Source: an uncultured Gemmatimonadales bacterium (GTDB taxonomy: Bacteria > Gemmatimonadota > Gemmatimonadetes > Longimicrobiales > Gaopeijiaceae). Taken from it: DNA of 64,000 nucleotides. Each line of letters starts with the position of its first letter. The stretch's first letter is position 1. The position numbers were made by a program, and so were the translations under genes. Shown here piece after piece: positions 26,693 to 35,854 of the stretch. Location: NCBI GenBank assembly GCA_963809895.1, contig CAWELD010000003.1, positions 704,001-768,000 of the forward strand. Direction: 5' to 3'. The notes under the pieces are model-generated. The model worked only from the letters and a program-made list of their open reading frames with translations, searched no databases and was not told where the DNA came from.

Positions 26693-26801
26693 GCGCGGGT
26701 CGCGGCCACGGCCCGCGACTGGCGGCGCGACGCTCGCCGGGGCATGATGGGGCGCGGTCGCCGGAGCCTCCGGCGGCGCCCACCAGCCCCTGATCCGTAC
26801 C

Positions 26802-29459
26802 ATGCCGTCGTACCACTCCGCCGTCGCCCCGTCGGCCGTCCTCCTCGCCTGTCTGGTCGTGCTGTCGTGCGAGCCGGCCCCCGGGCCTTCCGACACGTCC
26901 ATGGGCGTCTCCCAGGCCCTGGCGTCGCAGCGCGACAGCACGCTCGCCGAGGTGTCCTACAGCGTGCGGCTCCGCATTCCCGAGGCCCGCTCGGAGCCGC
27001 TCACGGGCACCACGGCCATCTCGTTTCGGTGGGACGACCCCGCGGGGCGCGATGTCGTGGTCGACTTCAAGGATCCGGACCCGCGGGTGCACGCCGTGCG
27101 CGCCAACGGCCACGACGCTCCGTGGAGGGCCGAACAGGATCACGTCGTGGTGCCCGCGGCCAGCCTGGCGCCCGGTGGAGACAACGTCGTGGAGATCGAC
27201 TACGACGCCGGCGACGACGCCCTCAACCGCTCCGACGATTTCCTGTACACGCTGTTCGTGCCCGACCGGGCGCACTTCTCCATGCCCGTCTTCGACCAGC
27301 CGAACCTCAAGGCCCGCCTGACGCTGGAGCTCACCGTGCCCGAGGGATGGTCCGCCGTCGCCAACGGACCCGAGGTGGGGCAGGGGGAGACCGCCGCCGA
27401 CGGAGCCACCGTCCACCGCTACCGGGAGACGCGGCCGCTGCCGACGTACCTGTTCGCTTTCGCCGCGGGCCGCTTCCAGGTGGAGGAGGCGGAGCGCAGC
27501 GGACGCACCCTGCGCATGTACCACCGGGAGACGGACCGGGACAAGGTGGCGCGCAACCGCGAAGCCGTCTTCGATCTGGTGGACCGGGCGCTGGGCTTCA
27601 TGGAGGACTACACGGGGATCCCGTTTCCCTTCGCCAAGTACGAGTTCGCCCTGATCCCACCCTTCCAGTACAGCGGGATGGAGCACCCGGGGGCCGTGTT
27701 CTACCGGCAGTCCTCGATCCTCCTGGACGAATCCGCGACCCAGGGCCAGATCCTCGGTCGGGCGAGCCTCATCGCCCACGAGACGGCGCATCAATGGTTC
27801 GGTGACCTGGTCACCATGGACTGGTTCGACGACGTCTGGATGAAGGAGGTCTTCGCCAACTTCATGGCGGCCAAGATCGTTCACCCCTCGTTCCCGGAGG
27901 TGGACCACGATCTGCGTTTCCTCCTGGCCCATCACCCCACGGCGTACGCGGTGGACCGGACCCCGGGCACGAACCCGATCCGCCAGCCCCTGGACAATCT
28001 GCGTGAGGCGGGATCGCTGTACGGGCCGATCATCTATCAGAAGGCCCCCATCGTCATGCGCCAGCTGGAAGCGCGCGTGGGGGAGGACACCTTCCGGGAC
28101 GGGGTCCGGGAATACCTCCGCCGCTTCGCCTACCGCAACGCGACCTGGCCCGACCTGATCGGAATCCTGGACCAGCGCGTGCCCGAGGACCTGGCGGCCT
28201 GGAGCCACGTCTGGGTCGAGGAGCCCGGCCGCCCGACGGTGCGGGTGCAGCTGGACGAGGACGGCGGCACCGTGCGGGCGCTGCGGATCCGGCAGGAGGA
28301 TCCCTGGGGACTGGGGCGCGTGTGGCCCCAGACCCTCCACCTGGTGGCGGCCTACGGGGATTCCCTGGTGCGCGACACCGTCGAGTTGGACGGACCCGAG
28401 CTCGAGCTGGCGGAGTGGGCGGGCCGGCCGGCCCCCGATTGGATCCTGCCCAACGGTGGAGGTCTGGAGTACGGGCTGTTCGTGCCCGACACGGCGTCCC
28501 TGCTGGCGCTGGAAGGCTCGGTGGGGAGCCTGCGGCCCGACCTGATCCGGGGGTCGGCGTGGCTGACGATGCAGGACGCGCTCCTGGAGGGTCGCGTGCC
28601 GCCTGAGCGCATGCTCGACCTGGCCCTGGCCGACCTGGAGCACGAGAACGACGAGCAGCTCACCCAGTACCTCCTGGGCATGGTGCGGCAGGTCTACTGG
28701 CGCCTCCTGAGCGACTCCACGCGGCGGACAAGGGCACCGGGCGTGGAGGCGGCGCTGTGGAGCGGGGTGGAGCGGGCCCCGTCGTCGAGCCTGCGAGCCG
28801 CGTGGTTCGGCGCGTATCGCTCCATGGCGCTCACGGAACCGGCGGTGGCCCGGCTCCGCCGAATCTGGCGCGGCGACGAGACCGTGCCGGGACTCACGCT
28901 CGCGGAGTCCGATCGCACCGAGCTCGCCTCGGAGCTGGCGCTCCGCCAGGTGCCCGATGCCGAGGCCATCCTGGACGCCCAGGCGGCGGGGATCGAGAAT
29001 CCGGACCGGCGCGCCCGCTTCGACTTCGTCCGTCCGTCGCTGTCGGCGGATCCGGCGGTCCGGGAGAGCTTCTTCGAGAGCCTCCGCGATCCGGCCAATC
29101 GCGAGCGTGAGCCCTGGGTCCTGGACGGGCTGGCCAACCTGAACCACCCGCTGCGTCGGGAGCACGCCCAGCGGTTGGTCGAGCCCGCCCTGGAGCTGGT
29201 GGAGGAGATCCAGCGCACGGGCGACATCTTCTTTCCGGGTCGCTGGCTGGACGCAACGCTCGACGGCCACAATCGTCCCGGGGTGGTGCGCACCGTGGCC
29301 GCCTTCCTCGAGGCGCGGCCCGACTACCCCTTCCGACTGCGGGGCAAGATCCTGCAGTCGGCGGACGGGGTGGAACGCGCCGCCCGCATCGTCTACGGAG
29401 ATTCCGTTCCATCGCTGGCCTCACTCCGTACCCCCGTTGAGGGGGAGGGCGGAGGCTGA
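26802..29459 (+). CDS. M1 family aminopeptidase, probable lipoprotein
   Basis: Lipobox-like VVLSC; FDQPNLKA; SGMEHPG; HETAHQWFG-x-E (HExxH-x18-E); IIYQKA. Confidence 0.93.
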   Translation: MPSYHSAVAPSAVLLACLVVLSCEPAPGPSDTSMGVSQALASQRDSTLAEVSYSVRLRIPEARSEPLTGTTAISFRWDDPAGRDVVVDFKDPDPRVHAVRANGHDAPWRAEQDHVVVPAASLAPGGDNVVEIDYDAGDDALNRSDDFLYTLFVPDRAHFSMPVFDQPNLKARLTLELTVPEGWSAVANGPEVGQGETAADGATVHRYRETRPLPTYLFAFAAGRFQVEEAERSGRTLRMYHRETDRDKVARNREAVFDLVDRALGFMEDYTGIPFPFAKYEFALIPPFQYSGMEHPGAVFYRQSSILLDESATQGQILGRASLIAHETAHQWFGDLVTMDWFDDVWMKEVFANFMAAKIVHPSFPEVDHDLRFLLAHHPTAYAVDRTPGTNPIRQPLDNLREAGSLYGPIIYQKAPIVMRQLEARVGEDTFRDGVREYLRRFAYRNATWPDLIGILDQRVPEDLAAWSHVWVEEPGRPTVRVQLDEDGGTVRALRIRQEDPWGLGRVWPQTLHLVAAYGDSLVRDTVELDGPELELAEWAGRPAPDWILPNGGGLEYGLFVPDTASLLALEGSVGSLRPDLIRGSAWLTMQDALLEGRVPPERMLDLALADLEHENDEQLTQYLLGMVRQVYWRLLSDSTRRTRAPGVEAALWSGVERAPSSSLRAAWFGAYRSMALTEPAVARLRRIWRGDETVPGLTLAESDRTELASELALRQVPDAEAILDAQAAGIENPDRRARFDFVRPSLSADPAVRESFFESLRDPANREREPWVLDGLANLNHPLRREHAQRLVEPALELVEEIQRTGDIFFPGRWLDATLDGHNRPGVVRTVAAFLEARPDYPFRLRGKILQSADGVERAARIVYGDSVPSLASLRTPVEGEGGG

Positions 29460-29521
29460 CAGAATAGGGCTCGGTCGCGCGGTGGCGCGCCGGTACCGCC
29501 CTCGAACACGAGAGACCGCCG

Positions 29522-31564
29522 ATGGCGTCCGTGACATCGTCCGAGTGGATGCGCAGGCTGAGCGGGGTGACCCTCCTCATGACCGGGCTGATCGCGGCCG
29601 GGTGCGGAACGCCCGATGCCTTCCCGCGGCACGAGGCGGAGGCGCCCCGCCACCGCCCGGCGGATGGACTGCTCCAGCGTCCCGCGTTGCAGCTCCTGGT
29701 CCAGGCGGGCCTCCATCGCGACCGCGAAGCGCTGGTGCAGGGGCTTCAGGATCCCGATCCGCTGGTGCGCGCCCGCGCCGCCTTCGAGCTCGGGTCCGTA
29801 CAGGACAGCGCCGCCGTGGAAGGGCTCGACGAGGCCCTGGCCGACCCTGATCCGCGCGTTCGGGCCGATGTCGCCTTCGCCCTGGGCCAGACCCCCGGAG
29901 GGGCCGGGGGGGCGTTGACCGATGCCCTGGACCGCGAGGGCGATCCCGACGTGCGCCGGGCCCTGGTGGAGGCGCTGGGCAAGCGGGGTGACGAGGCCGG
30001 GCTGACGGCGCTCCTCGCGCTCTCCGACGACGACCTCCTGCCCGACGCCACCCTGGCGCTCAGCCGGGGGGTCATCCGGGGCGTCACGCCGCCCGGAGTC
30101 GTGGATACGCTGGTCATGCGCATGGCACACCCGGATCCGGCGGTGCGGCAGGCGGCGACCTACTTCATGGCCCGCAGCCGGGATCCCGGAGTCTGGTATC
30201 CGCACCGGCTGGACATCCGCCGCACGCTGGCCTCGTACGACCGCTCCGATCCCGCGGCCATGTACATCCTGCAGGGCTTCGGACGGGCCATGAGCCTGTT
30301 CAACCTTCCCACGGTCATCGACTGGCTGCGGACGTCGCCGGACTGGCGGATCCGGGCCAATGCCGCCGGCGCGTTGGCCGGCTCGGGCGAATTGCCCGGA
30401 CCCGGAGCCACGGCCCTCGTGCGGGCGCTGGACGACCTGTCGCCCCACGTGCGCAAGGTGGCGGCGACGGGCCTCACCAACGCGCCCCCCATGCCGGGGA
30501 CCCTGCAGGGGATCCTCACCTGGGTTCGGACCCATCCGGACGATCACGCCACCACGCTGCCCCTGCTCTCGATCCTGGCCCAGACCGGTCACGAGGAGCT
30601 CGTGCTGGACCGGGTCCGGATGATTCCGGAACACGAGGAGACGGAGTGGATCCAGGCGATCCAGGCCCTGGGGTATCTGCCCGGGGCGACGGTGATCGAC
30701 GAGCTGGGTGACATCGCGGTCTCCCGGCCCCCCAGGGTGCAGGCGGCCGCGGCCCGGTCGCTGGCCGACCGCTGGGCCATCGCCCGCGACGTTCCGGCCA
30801 CGCACTCGACCTTCCGGGAAGTGATGGCACGCGTGGCCCGGCGGGGAAGTCCGCGGGCCGCCGTGGCCGCGGCCGAGGTGCTGGCGGATCCGGCGCTTGC
30901 CGGCGAGGGCACCGCCGCCGACCTCACGGCCCTCTGGCGGCGCATGCGACCCGGCCAGGCACGGGACTCCCTGGCCCGCATCCTCGCCGTCTCCGCCGAT
31001 CCCGCGCTGCGTGCTCTCGTGGCCGATGCGGTCCCGGACACGGCCCGCGACGAGCGCGACGCCCAAGGGCAGGGGGGCGGTGGACGGGCCTTCCTGCCGC
31101 TGGACTGGGAGCGGCTGCGGAGCCTCGGCGCGCACCCGCGTCTGATCCTGGTCACGGAGCGCGGAACCATCTCCCTGACCCTGAGCACGGAGGAGGCTCC
31201 GGAGACGGTCCTGGGCGTCGCCAAGCTGGCCGACGAAGGACGCTACGACGGCGTGCCCTTTCACCGGGTGGTGGCCAATTTCGTCATCCAGGGAGGAGAC
31301 GTCTCGACGGGGAACGGCACCGGAGGGCCCGACTTCACCTTGCGCTCGGAGCTGACGCGCATCCCCTTCCTGCGCGGCGTCGTGGGCATGGCGTCGGCGG
31401 GCAAGGACACCGAGGGCTCCCAGTACTTCATCACGCACTCCATGCAGCCGCACCTGGACGGTGGCTACACCGCCTTCGGGTGGGTGACGCGTGGCATGGA
31501 CGTGGTGGACCGCATCATGCCCGGCGATCGTGTGCTCCACGCGAGGATCCTGCCCGGGCCGTGA
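29522..31564 (+). CDS. HEAT-repeat lipoprotein with C-terminal cyclophilin-type PPIase
   Basis: IAAGC lipobox; DPDPLVRARAAFELG-type repeats; FHRVVANFVIQGGD, GSQYFITH, HLDGGYTAFG. Confidence 0.9.
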   Translation: MASVTSSEWMRRLSGVTLLMTGLIAAGCGTPDAFPRHEAEAPRHRPADGLLQRPALQLLVQAGLHRDREALVQGLQDPDPLVRARAAFELGSVQDSAAVEGLDEALADPDPRVRADVAFALGQTPGGAGGALTDALDREGDPDVRRALVEALGKRGDEAGLTALLALSDDDLLPDATLALSRGVIRGVTPPGVVDTLVMRMAHPDPAVRQAATYFMARSRDPGVWYPHRLDIRRTLASYDRSDPAAMYILQGFGRAMSLFNLPTVIDWLRTSPDWRIRANAAGALAGSGELPGPGATALVRALDDLSPHVRKVAATGLTNAPPMPGTLQGILTWVRTHPDDHATTLPLLSILAQTGHEELVLDRVRMIPEHEETEWIQAIQALGYLPGATVIDELGDIAVSRPPRVQAAAARSLADRWAIARDVPATHSTFREVMARVARRGSPRAAVAAAEVLADPALAGEGTAADLTALWRRMRPGQARDSLARILAVSADPALRALVADAVPDTARDERDAQGQGGGGRAFLPLDWERLRSLGAHPRLILVTERGTISLTLSTEEAPETVLGVAKLADEGRYDGVPFHRVVANFVIQGGDVSTGNGTGGPDFTLRSELTRIPFLRGVVGMASAGKDTEGSQYFITHSMQPHLDGGYTAFGWVTRGMDVVDRIMPGDRVLHARILPGP

Positions 31565-32448
31565 GCCGCTTCCCGCTGGGCCTGCGCTTCATGGCGGCGG
31601 GGGCCTTCTTCTTCTCTCTCATGAGCGCCCTGGTCAAGGTGGGCGGTGAGCGCTTTCCCACCATGGAGCTCGTGCTGGCCCGTTCGGTGGTGGTGCTGGC
31701 CCTCAGCAGCGCCGCCTTGTGGCGCTCGGGCACCGGCTTCGTCGGAAGGGAGCGGGGTCTGCTCGTGCTGCGCGGACTGCTGGGATTCACCGCGCTGTCC
31801 GGCTTCTACTACGGCGTGGTCCATCTGCCGCTGGCCGAAGCCACGGTCATCCAGTACACGAATCCGGTGTGGACCGCGCTCATCGCCGCCGCGGTCCTGG
31901 GAGAGTGGATCGGCGGCGCCCAGGTGGCGCTGGCGCTGGCGAGCCTCGCCGGGGTGGTGATGGTCGCCCGACCCGCGGCGCTTCTGGGCGTGGCCTCGGG
32001 AGGCCTGGACTCCGGAGCGGCGGCGGTGGCGCTGGGTGGGTCGATCTTCTCGGCCGGGGCGTACGTCACCGTTCGCCGCCTGCGCGCTGAGGCCACCATG
32101 GTCATCGTCTTCTACTTCGCGCTGCTGAGCACGCTCATGGCCGCTCCCTTCCTGGCCTTCGGCGCGGTGATGCCCCGGGGATGGGACTGGGCGCTGCTCA
32201 CGGCCATCGGTGTCACCACCCATCTCGGGCAGGTCTTCCTGACCCGCGGCCTCAAGCTCGAGGCGGCGGGGCGCGCCATGACCGCGGGCTACCTCCAGAT
32301 CGTGTTCGCCGCCGTGTGGGGCGCGCTCCTCTTCGGCGACGTTCCCGATGTGTGGTCCTTCGCCGGCGCGGTCGTCATCGTCGCATCGACCCTCGTCCTG
32401 GCGCGTCTGCCCTCTCCCGGCGCTCCCGCGCCACCCAGGCTCCCCTGA
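31561..32448 (+). CDS. DMT/EamA family transporter
   Basis: About 10 TM; LPLAEATVIQYTNP, YLQIVFA; GTGA overlap with upstream stop. Confidence 0.9.
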   Translation: MSRFPLGLRFMAAGAFFFSLMSALVKVGGERFPTMELVLARSVVVLALSSAALWRSGTGFVGRERGLLVLRGLLGFTALSGFYYGVVHLPLAEATVIQYTNPVWTALIAAAVLGEWIGGAQVALALASLAGVVMVARPAALLGVASGGLDSGAAAVALGGSIFSAGAYVTVRRLRAEATMVIVFYFALLSTLMAAPFLAFGAVMPRGWDWALLTAIGVTTHLGQVFLTRGLKLEAAGRAMTAGYLQIVFAAVWGALLFGDVPDVWSFAGAVVIVASTLVLARLPSPGAPAPPRLP

Positions 32449-32530
32449 GGCGAGCCCTGCAGCCATCCGTAGAAACCCGTACGCACGATTTGTCACTAAA
32501 CGGCGTTTGGCCTCGTAGGGCCTTTGGCAC

Positions 32531-32565
32531 TTGAACAGGGATCGCCGGTAGTTTACACTGTTAAC
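32531..32565 (+). promoter_or_regulatory. sigma70 promoter with overlapping palindromic TetR-type operator
   Basis: TTGAAC(32531)-N17-TACACT(32554-59); GTTTACA-C-TGTTAAC dyad (32551-32565, 1 mismatch); ATG follows at the expected +1. Confidence 0.75.
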
Positions 32566-33222
32566 ATGTCAGAGCAGCAGAGGGATCGGATCCTGACCCA
32601 CGCGTGCGAGCTCTTCTTGCGCGATGGGTTGGAGGGCTTCTCGATGCGGAAGCTGGCTCGCGCCGTGGGTGTCACGGCGCCGGCCCTCTACCGTCATTAC
32701 GAGAGCAAGGAGCACGTGCTCCAGGATGTGGTCGGTGAAGCCTACCGACGCATGGCTCAATACCTGTACCGCGCCTTGCAGGGTCGCACGCCGTTGGAAC
32801 GGCTGCTGATGGCCTCCGAGGGCTATCTGGATTTCGGGCTGGAGCATCCGCGGCTCTACGACGCGCTGTTCGCGTCGCCCGAGCTGGTGGGACTGGGAGA
32901 TCTGCCCGAAGACGTGGAGGCGCAGGGGTGCGCGGTGGGTCAGTTCTGGAACGACCGCATCCGCGAATGCATGGACGCCGGCATCATCCGACGGACGGAC
33001 CCGGGTGGGGTCGGGCTCACCATGTGGGCCCACGCCCACGGGCTGGTTTCGCTGCACGCCCGGGGCTTGCTGAGCTTTCCGGAGCACATGAGCGATGGGG
33101 AGTTTCGCCGGGTCTACCGAAGCTCGACGCTACGGGCGCTCGAGGGCATGGCGGCGGTCTCGCTCGAGGAGCTGGAGTCGGCCTTGCCCGAAGACGATCC
33201 CGATGCCGGTGCCGCGGCCTGA
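32566..33222 (+). CDS. TetR/AcrR family regulator, probably leaderless
   Basis: RILTHACELF..G.EGFSMRKLARAVGVTAPALYRHY.SKE HTH; WAHAHG in C-domain. Confidence 0.93.
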   Translation: MSEQQRDRILTHACELFLRDGLEGFSMRKLARAVGVTAPALYRHYESKEHVLQDVVGEAYRRMAQYLYRALQGRTPLERLLMASEGYLDFGLEHPRLYDALFASPELVGLGDLPEDVEAQGCAVGQFWNDRIRECMDAGIIRRTDPGGVGLTMWAHAHGLVSLHARGLLSFPEHMSDGEFRRVYRSSTLRALEGMAAVSLEELESALPEDDPDAGAAA

Positions 33223-33266
33223 CACGGACGCGGACCGCACGACGACAACGACGCACCGAAGAGGCG

Positions 33267-34739
33267 ATGGTGAAGAATAGATGGGTGGTGAGCCTGACGG
33301 CCGCGCTCCTGCTGGCCGCGTCAGCAGCCGGGGCCCGGGCGCAGGAGACGTCCCAGCTCACGGGTCGCACGCTGACGCTGCCCGAGGTGGTCCAGGCCGC
33401 GCTGGACCGCAGCCCGGAGCTGCAGGGGGTCCGGTACTCGCTGGAAGAAGCCCGGGAGCGGGTGAGCGAGGCGTGGGGCAGCGTGTACCCGTCGGTGGAC
33501 CTGTCCAGCACCTTCACGCGCAACGTGTCGCCGTCGGTGAGCTTCCTGCCGGCGAACATCCTCGATCCCGAGGCGAACCCGAACGATCTGGTTCCGGTTC
33601 GCTTCGGAGCCGACAACACCTGGCAGCTCTCCATCGGTGTCGACCAGCCGGTCTTCAACGCCGCCGTCTTCATCGGGGTGGGCGCCGCCGGCCGCTACCA
33701 GGCATTGCAGGAAGAGGGGATGCGCGGTCAGGCGCAGGCGGTGGTCACCCGGGTCCGGGAATCCTACTACAGCCTCCTGTTGGCGCAGGAGCAGGCGCGC
33801 CTCACCGACAACTCGGTCCGACGCGTGCGCGAGAGCCTGGACGAGACCCGGGCCCTCAACCGCGCCGGGCTGTCGTCGGACTACGACGTCCTCAGGCTCG
33901 AGGTGGAGCTGGCGAACCTGGAACCCAACCTGCGCCGGGCGCAGAACGCGGTGCGGCAGGCACGCCGCCAACTGGGCGTGGACCTCGACCTTCCCGCCGA
34001 AGAGGCGGAGACGCTCGAAGTGGCCGGAGCCCTGGCCTCCATGGACCTGGACGATGTCGGCGCCAATTCCGCCGACAACCAGCAGATCCTGGCCTTCGGC
34101 GGCGCGCCGGCCGAGCCGGCGGGTCAGGAGGATCGGCTGGTCACCGACGCCCTGGCGTCGCGCTCGGACCTGCGCCAGCTGGTGCTCACCGAGAGCCTCA
34201 GGCAGACCGAGCTGCGCCTCGAACAGGTGGAGTATCTGCCCAAGATCTCGGTCTTCGGCACCTACGCCATCAATTCGCAGCAGAACGGGAACCCGGAGTT
34301 CTTCGGAGCGCCGCGGGCCTACACCCGCAATGTCGGCGTCCGCTTCACGCTGCCCCTGTTCCAGGGCTTTCAGCGCGATGCGCGCATCGATCAGAAGCGG
34401 GCCGTGCTGAACCAGGCGCGGGCACAGACCGAGCGCGCTCGACTACAGGCGCGGAGCCAGGTCCGCTCACTGGTGGACGGTGCCGACGAGGCCCTGGCCC
34501 GGGCGCGGGCGCAGGATCTCGCGGTGGAGCAGGCCCAGCGCGGGTTCGAGATCGCCAGGGCGCAGTACCGGGAAGGTCTGAGCAGTCAGCTGGAGCTCAC
34601 CGATGCAGAGGTGGCGCTGCGCCAGAGCGAGTTCAACTACGCCCAGGCGGTCTACGACTACCTGGTGGCGCGTGCGCGCCTGGACGAGGCCGTGGGCGAG
34701 GTGCCGCTCACGGCGCGGGGCGCGGGCGAGAGTCCGTGA
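33267..34739 (+). CDS. TolC-family outer-membrane efflux protein
   Basis: Signal peptide; LTLPEVVQAALDRSPEL; LPLFQGF; YREGLSSQLELTDAE. Confidence 0.92.
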   Translation: MVKNRWVVSLTAALLLAASAAGARAQETSQLTGRTLTLPEVVQAALDRSPELQGVRYSLEEARERVSEAWGSVYPSVDLSSTFTRNVSPSVSFLPANILDPEANPNDLVPVRFGADNTWQLSIGVDQPVFNAAVFIGVGAAGRYQALQEEGMRGQAQAVVTRVRESYYSLLLAQEQARLTDNSVRRVRESLDETRALNRAGLSSDYDVLRLEVELANLEPNLRRAQNAVRQARRQLGVDLDLPAEEAETLEVAGALASMDLDDVGANSADNQQILAFGGAPAEPAGQEDRLVTDALASRSDLRQLVLTESLRQTELRLEQVEYLPKISVFGTYAINSQQNGNPEFFGAPRAYTRNVGVRFTLPLFQGFQRDARIDQKRAVLNQARAQTERARLQARSQVRSLVDGADEALARARAQDLAVEQAQRGFEIARAQYREGLSSQLELTDAEVALRQSEFNYAQAVYDYLVARARLDEAVGEVPLTARGAGESP

Positions 34740-34776
34740 CGAACGTGGGACACGTACAGCCGATCAAGAGGCAACG

Positions 34777-35853
34777 ATGACGATAGATATGCGGGGGATG
34801 CGGGTGCTGGTGGCGGGAACCGCGCTGGCGGTGGCCGCGTGTGGGGGGGCCCAGGCCGACGGCGCGGAGGCTGCGGGTGAGGAGGGCTTCGTCCGCGTGA
34901 TCAACGTGGAGACGGCCGTGGTGACCCCTCGGGCCTTCACCGAAGAGATCCGTCTCACGGGAACGGTGCAGGCGAACCGTGACGTCACGGTGTCGGCCCA
35001 GGAGGCCGGCACCATCGTGGAGCTGGTGGTGGAGAAGGGAACGGCGGTCCGCGCCGGCCAACCCATCGCTCGCATCGACGACCGGCTGCTGGCCACCCAG
35101 GTCGAAGAGGCGCGTGCCCAGGAGGCGCTGGCCCGGGAGACGTGGACCCGCCGCAAGCGGCTGTGGGAGGAGGACCACGTGGGTTCCGAGCTGGCGTACC
35201 TGGAAGCGAAATACGCCGCCGAGCAGACGGCGGCCCGCCTCGCCACCCTGGAGGAGCGCCTCGACCGGACCGTCATCCGGGCTCCCATCGAGGGTGTGCT
35301 GGACGACCGCCTGGTGGAGGTGGGCACGCTGGTGAGCCCGGGCACTCCCGTGGCGCGCATCATCGATCTGGACCCGGTGAAGGTGTCCGGCGGCATGCCC
35401 GAGCGATATGCCGCCGACGTCTCCCGGGGTGCCCCGGCCACGGTGACCTTCGACGTCCTGGACGGGGAGCGCTACGAGGCCACGGTCAACTTCGTGGGTG
35501 CCGCGGTGGACCGTCGCAACCGCACCTTTCCGGTCGAAGTCACGATCCCCAACGCGGGGCGCGTGATCAAGCCGGAGATGGTGGCCAATATCGCCGTGGT
35601 CCGCCGTACGCTGGACGAGGCGGTGGTCGTACCACAGGACGCGGTGGTGCGCGTCGAGGACGGCTACGTCGTGTTCGTGGTGGAGGGGCAGGGGGAGGAC
35701 CTGACGGCTCGTTCGCGGGACGTGGTGCTGGGGCCGTCACAGAGCAACGAGGTCGTGATCAGCGAAGGCCTCTCCGCCGGCGAGCGCCTGGTGGTGGTGG
35801 GCCAGCAGCAGGTGGCCGACGGGGACCGGGTCCGCGTGGTCGGGGAGCGATGA
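34777..35853 (+). CDS. RND efflux periplasmic adaptor (MFP)
   Basis: LAVAAC lipobox; G.I..L.V..G..V..GQ lipoyl motif; IRAPIEG; IKPEM; GL..GE.LVVVG. Confidence 0.92.
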   Translation: MTIDMRGMRVLVAGTALAVAACGGAQADGAEAAGEEGFVRVINVETAVVTPRAFTEEIRLTGTVQANRDVTVSAQEAGTIVELVVEKGTAVRAGQPIARIDDRLLATQVEEARAQEALARETWTRRKRLWEEDHVGSELAYLEAKYAAEQTAARLATLEERLDRTVIRAPIEGVLDDRLVEVGTLVSPGTPVARIIDLDPVKVSGGMPERYAADVSRGAPATVTFDVLDGERYEATVNFVGAAVDRRNRTFPVEVTIPNAGRVIKPEMVANIAVVRRTLDEAVVVPQDAVVRVEDGYVVFVVEGQGEDLTARSRDVVLGPSQSNEVVISEGLSAGERLVVVGQQQVADGDRVRVVGER

Positions 35854-35854
35854 C

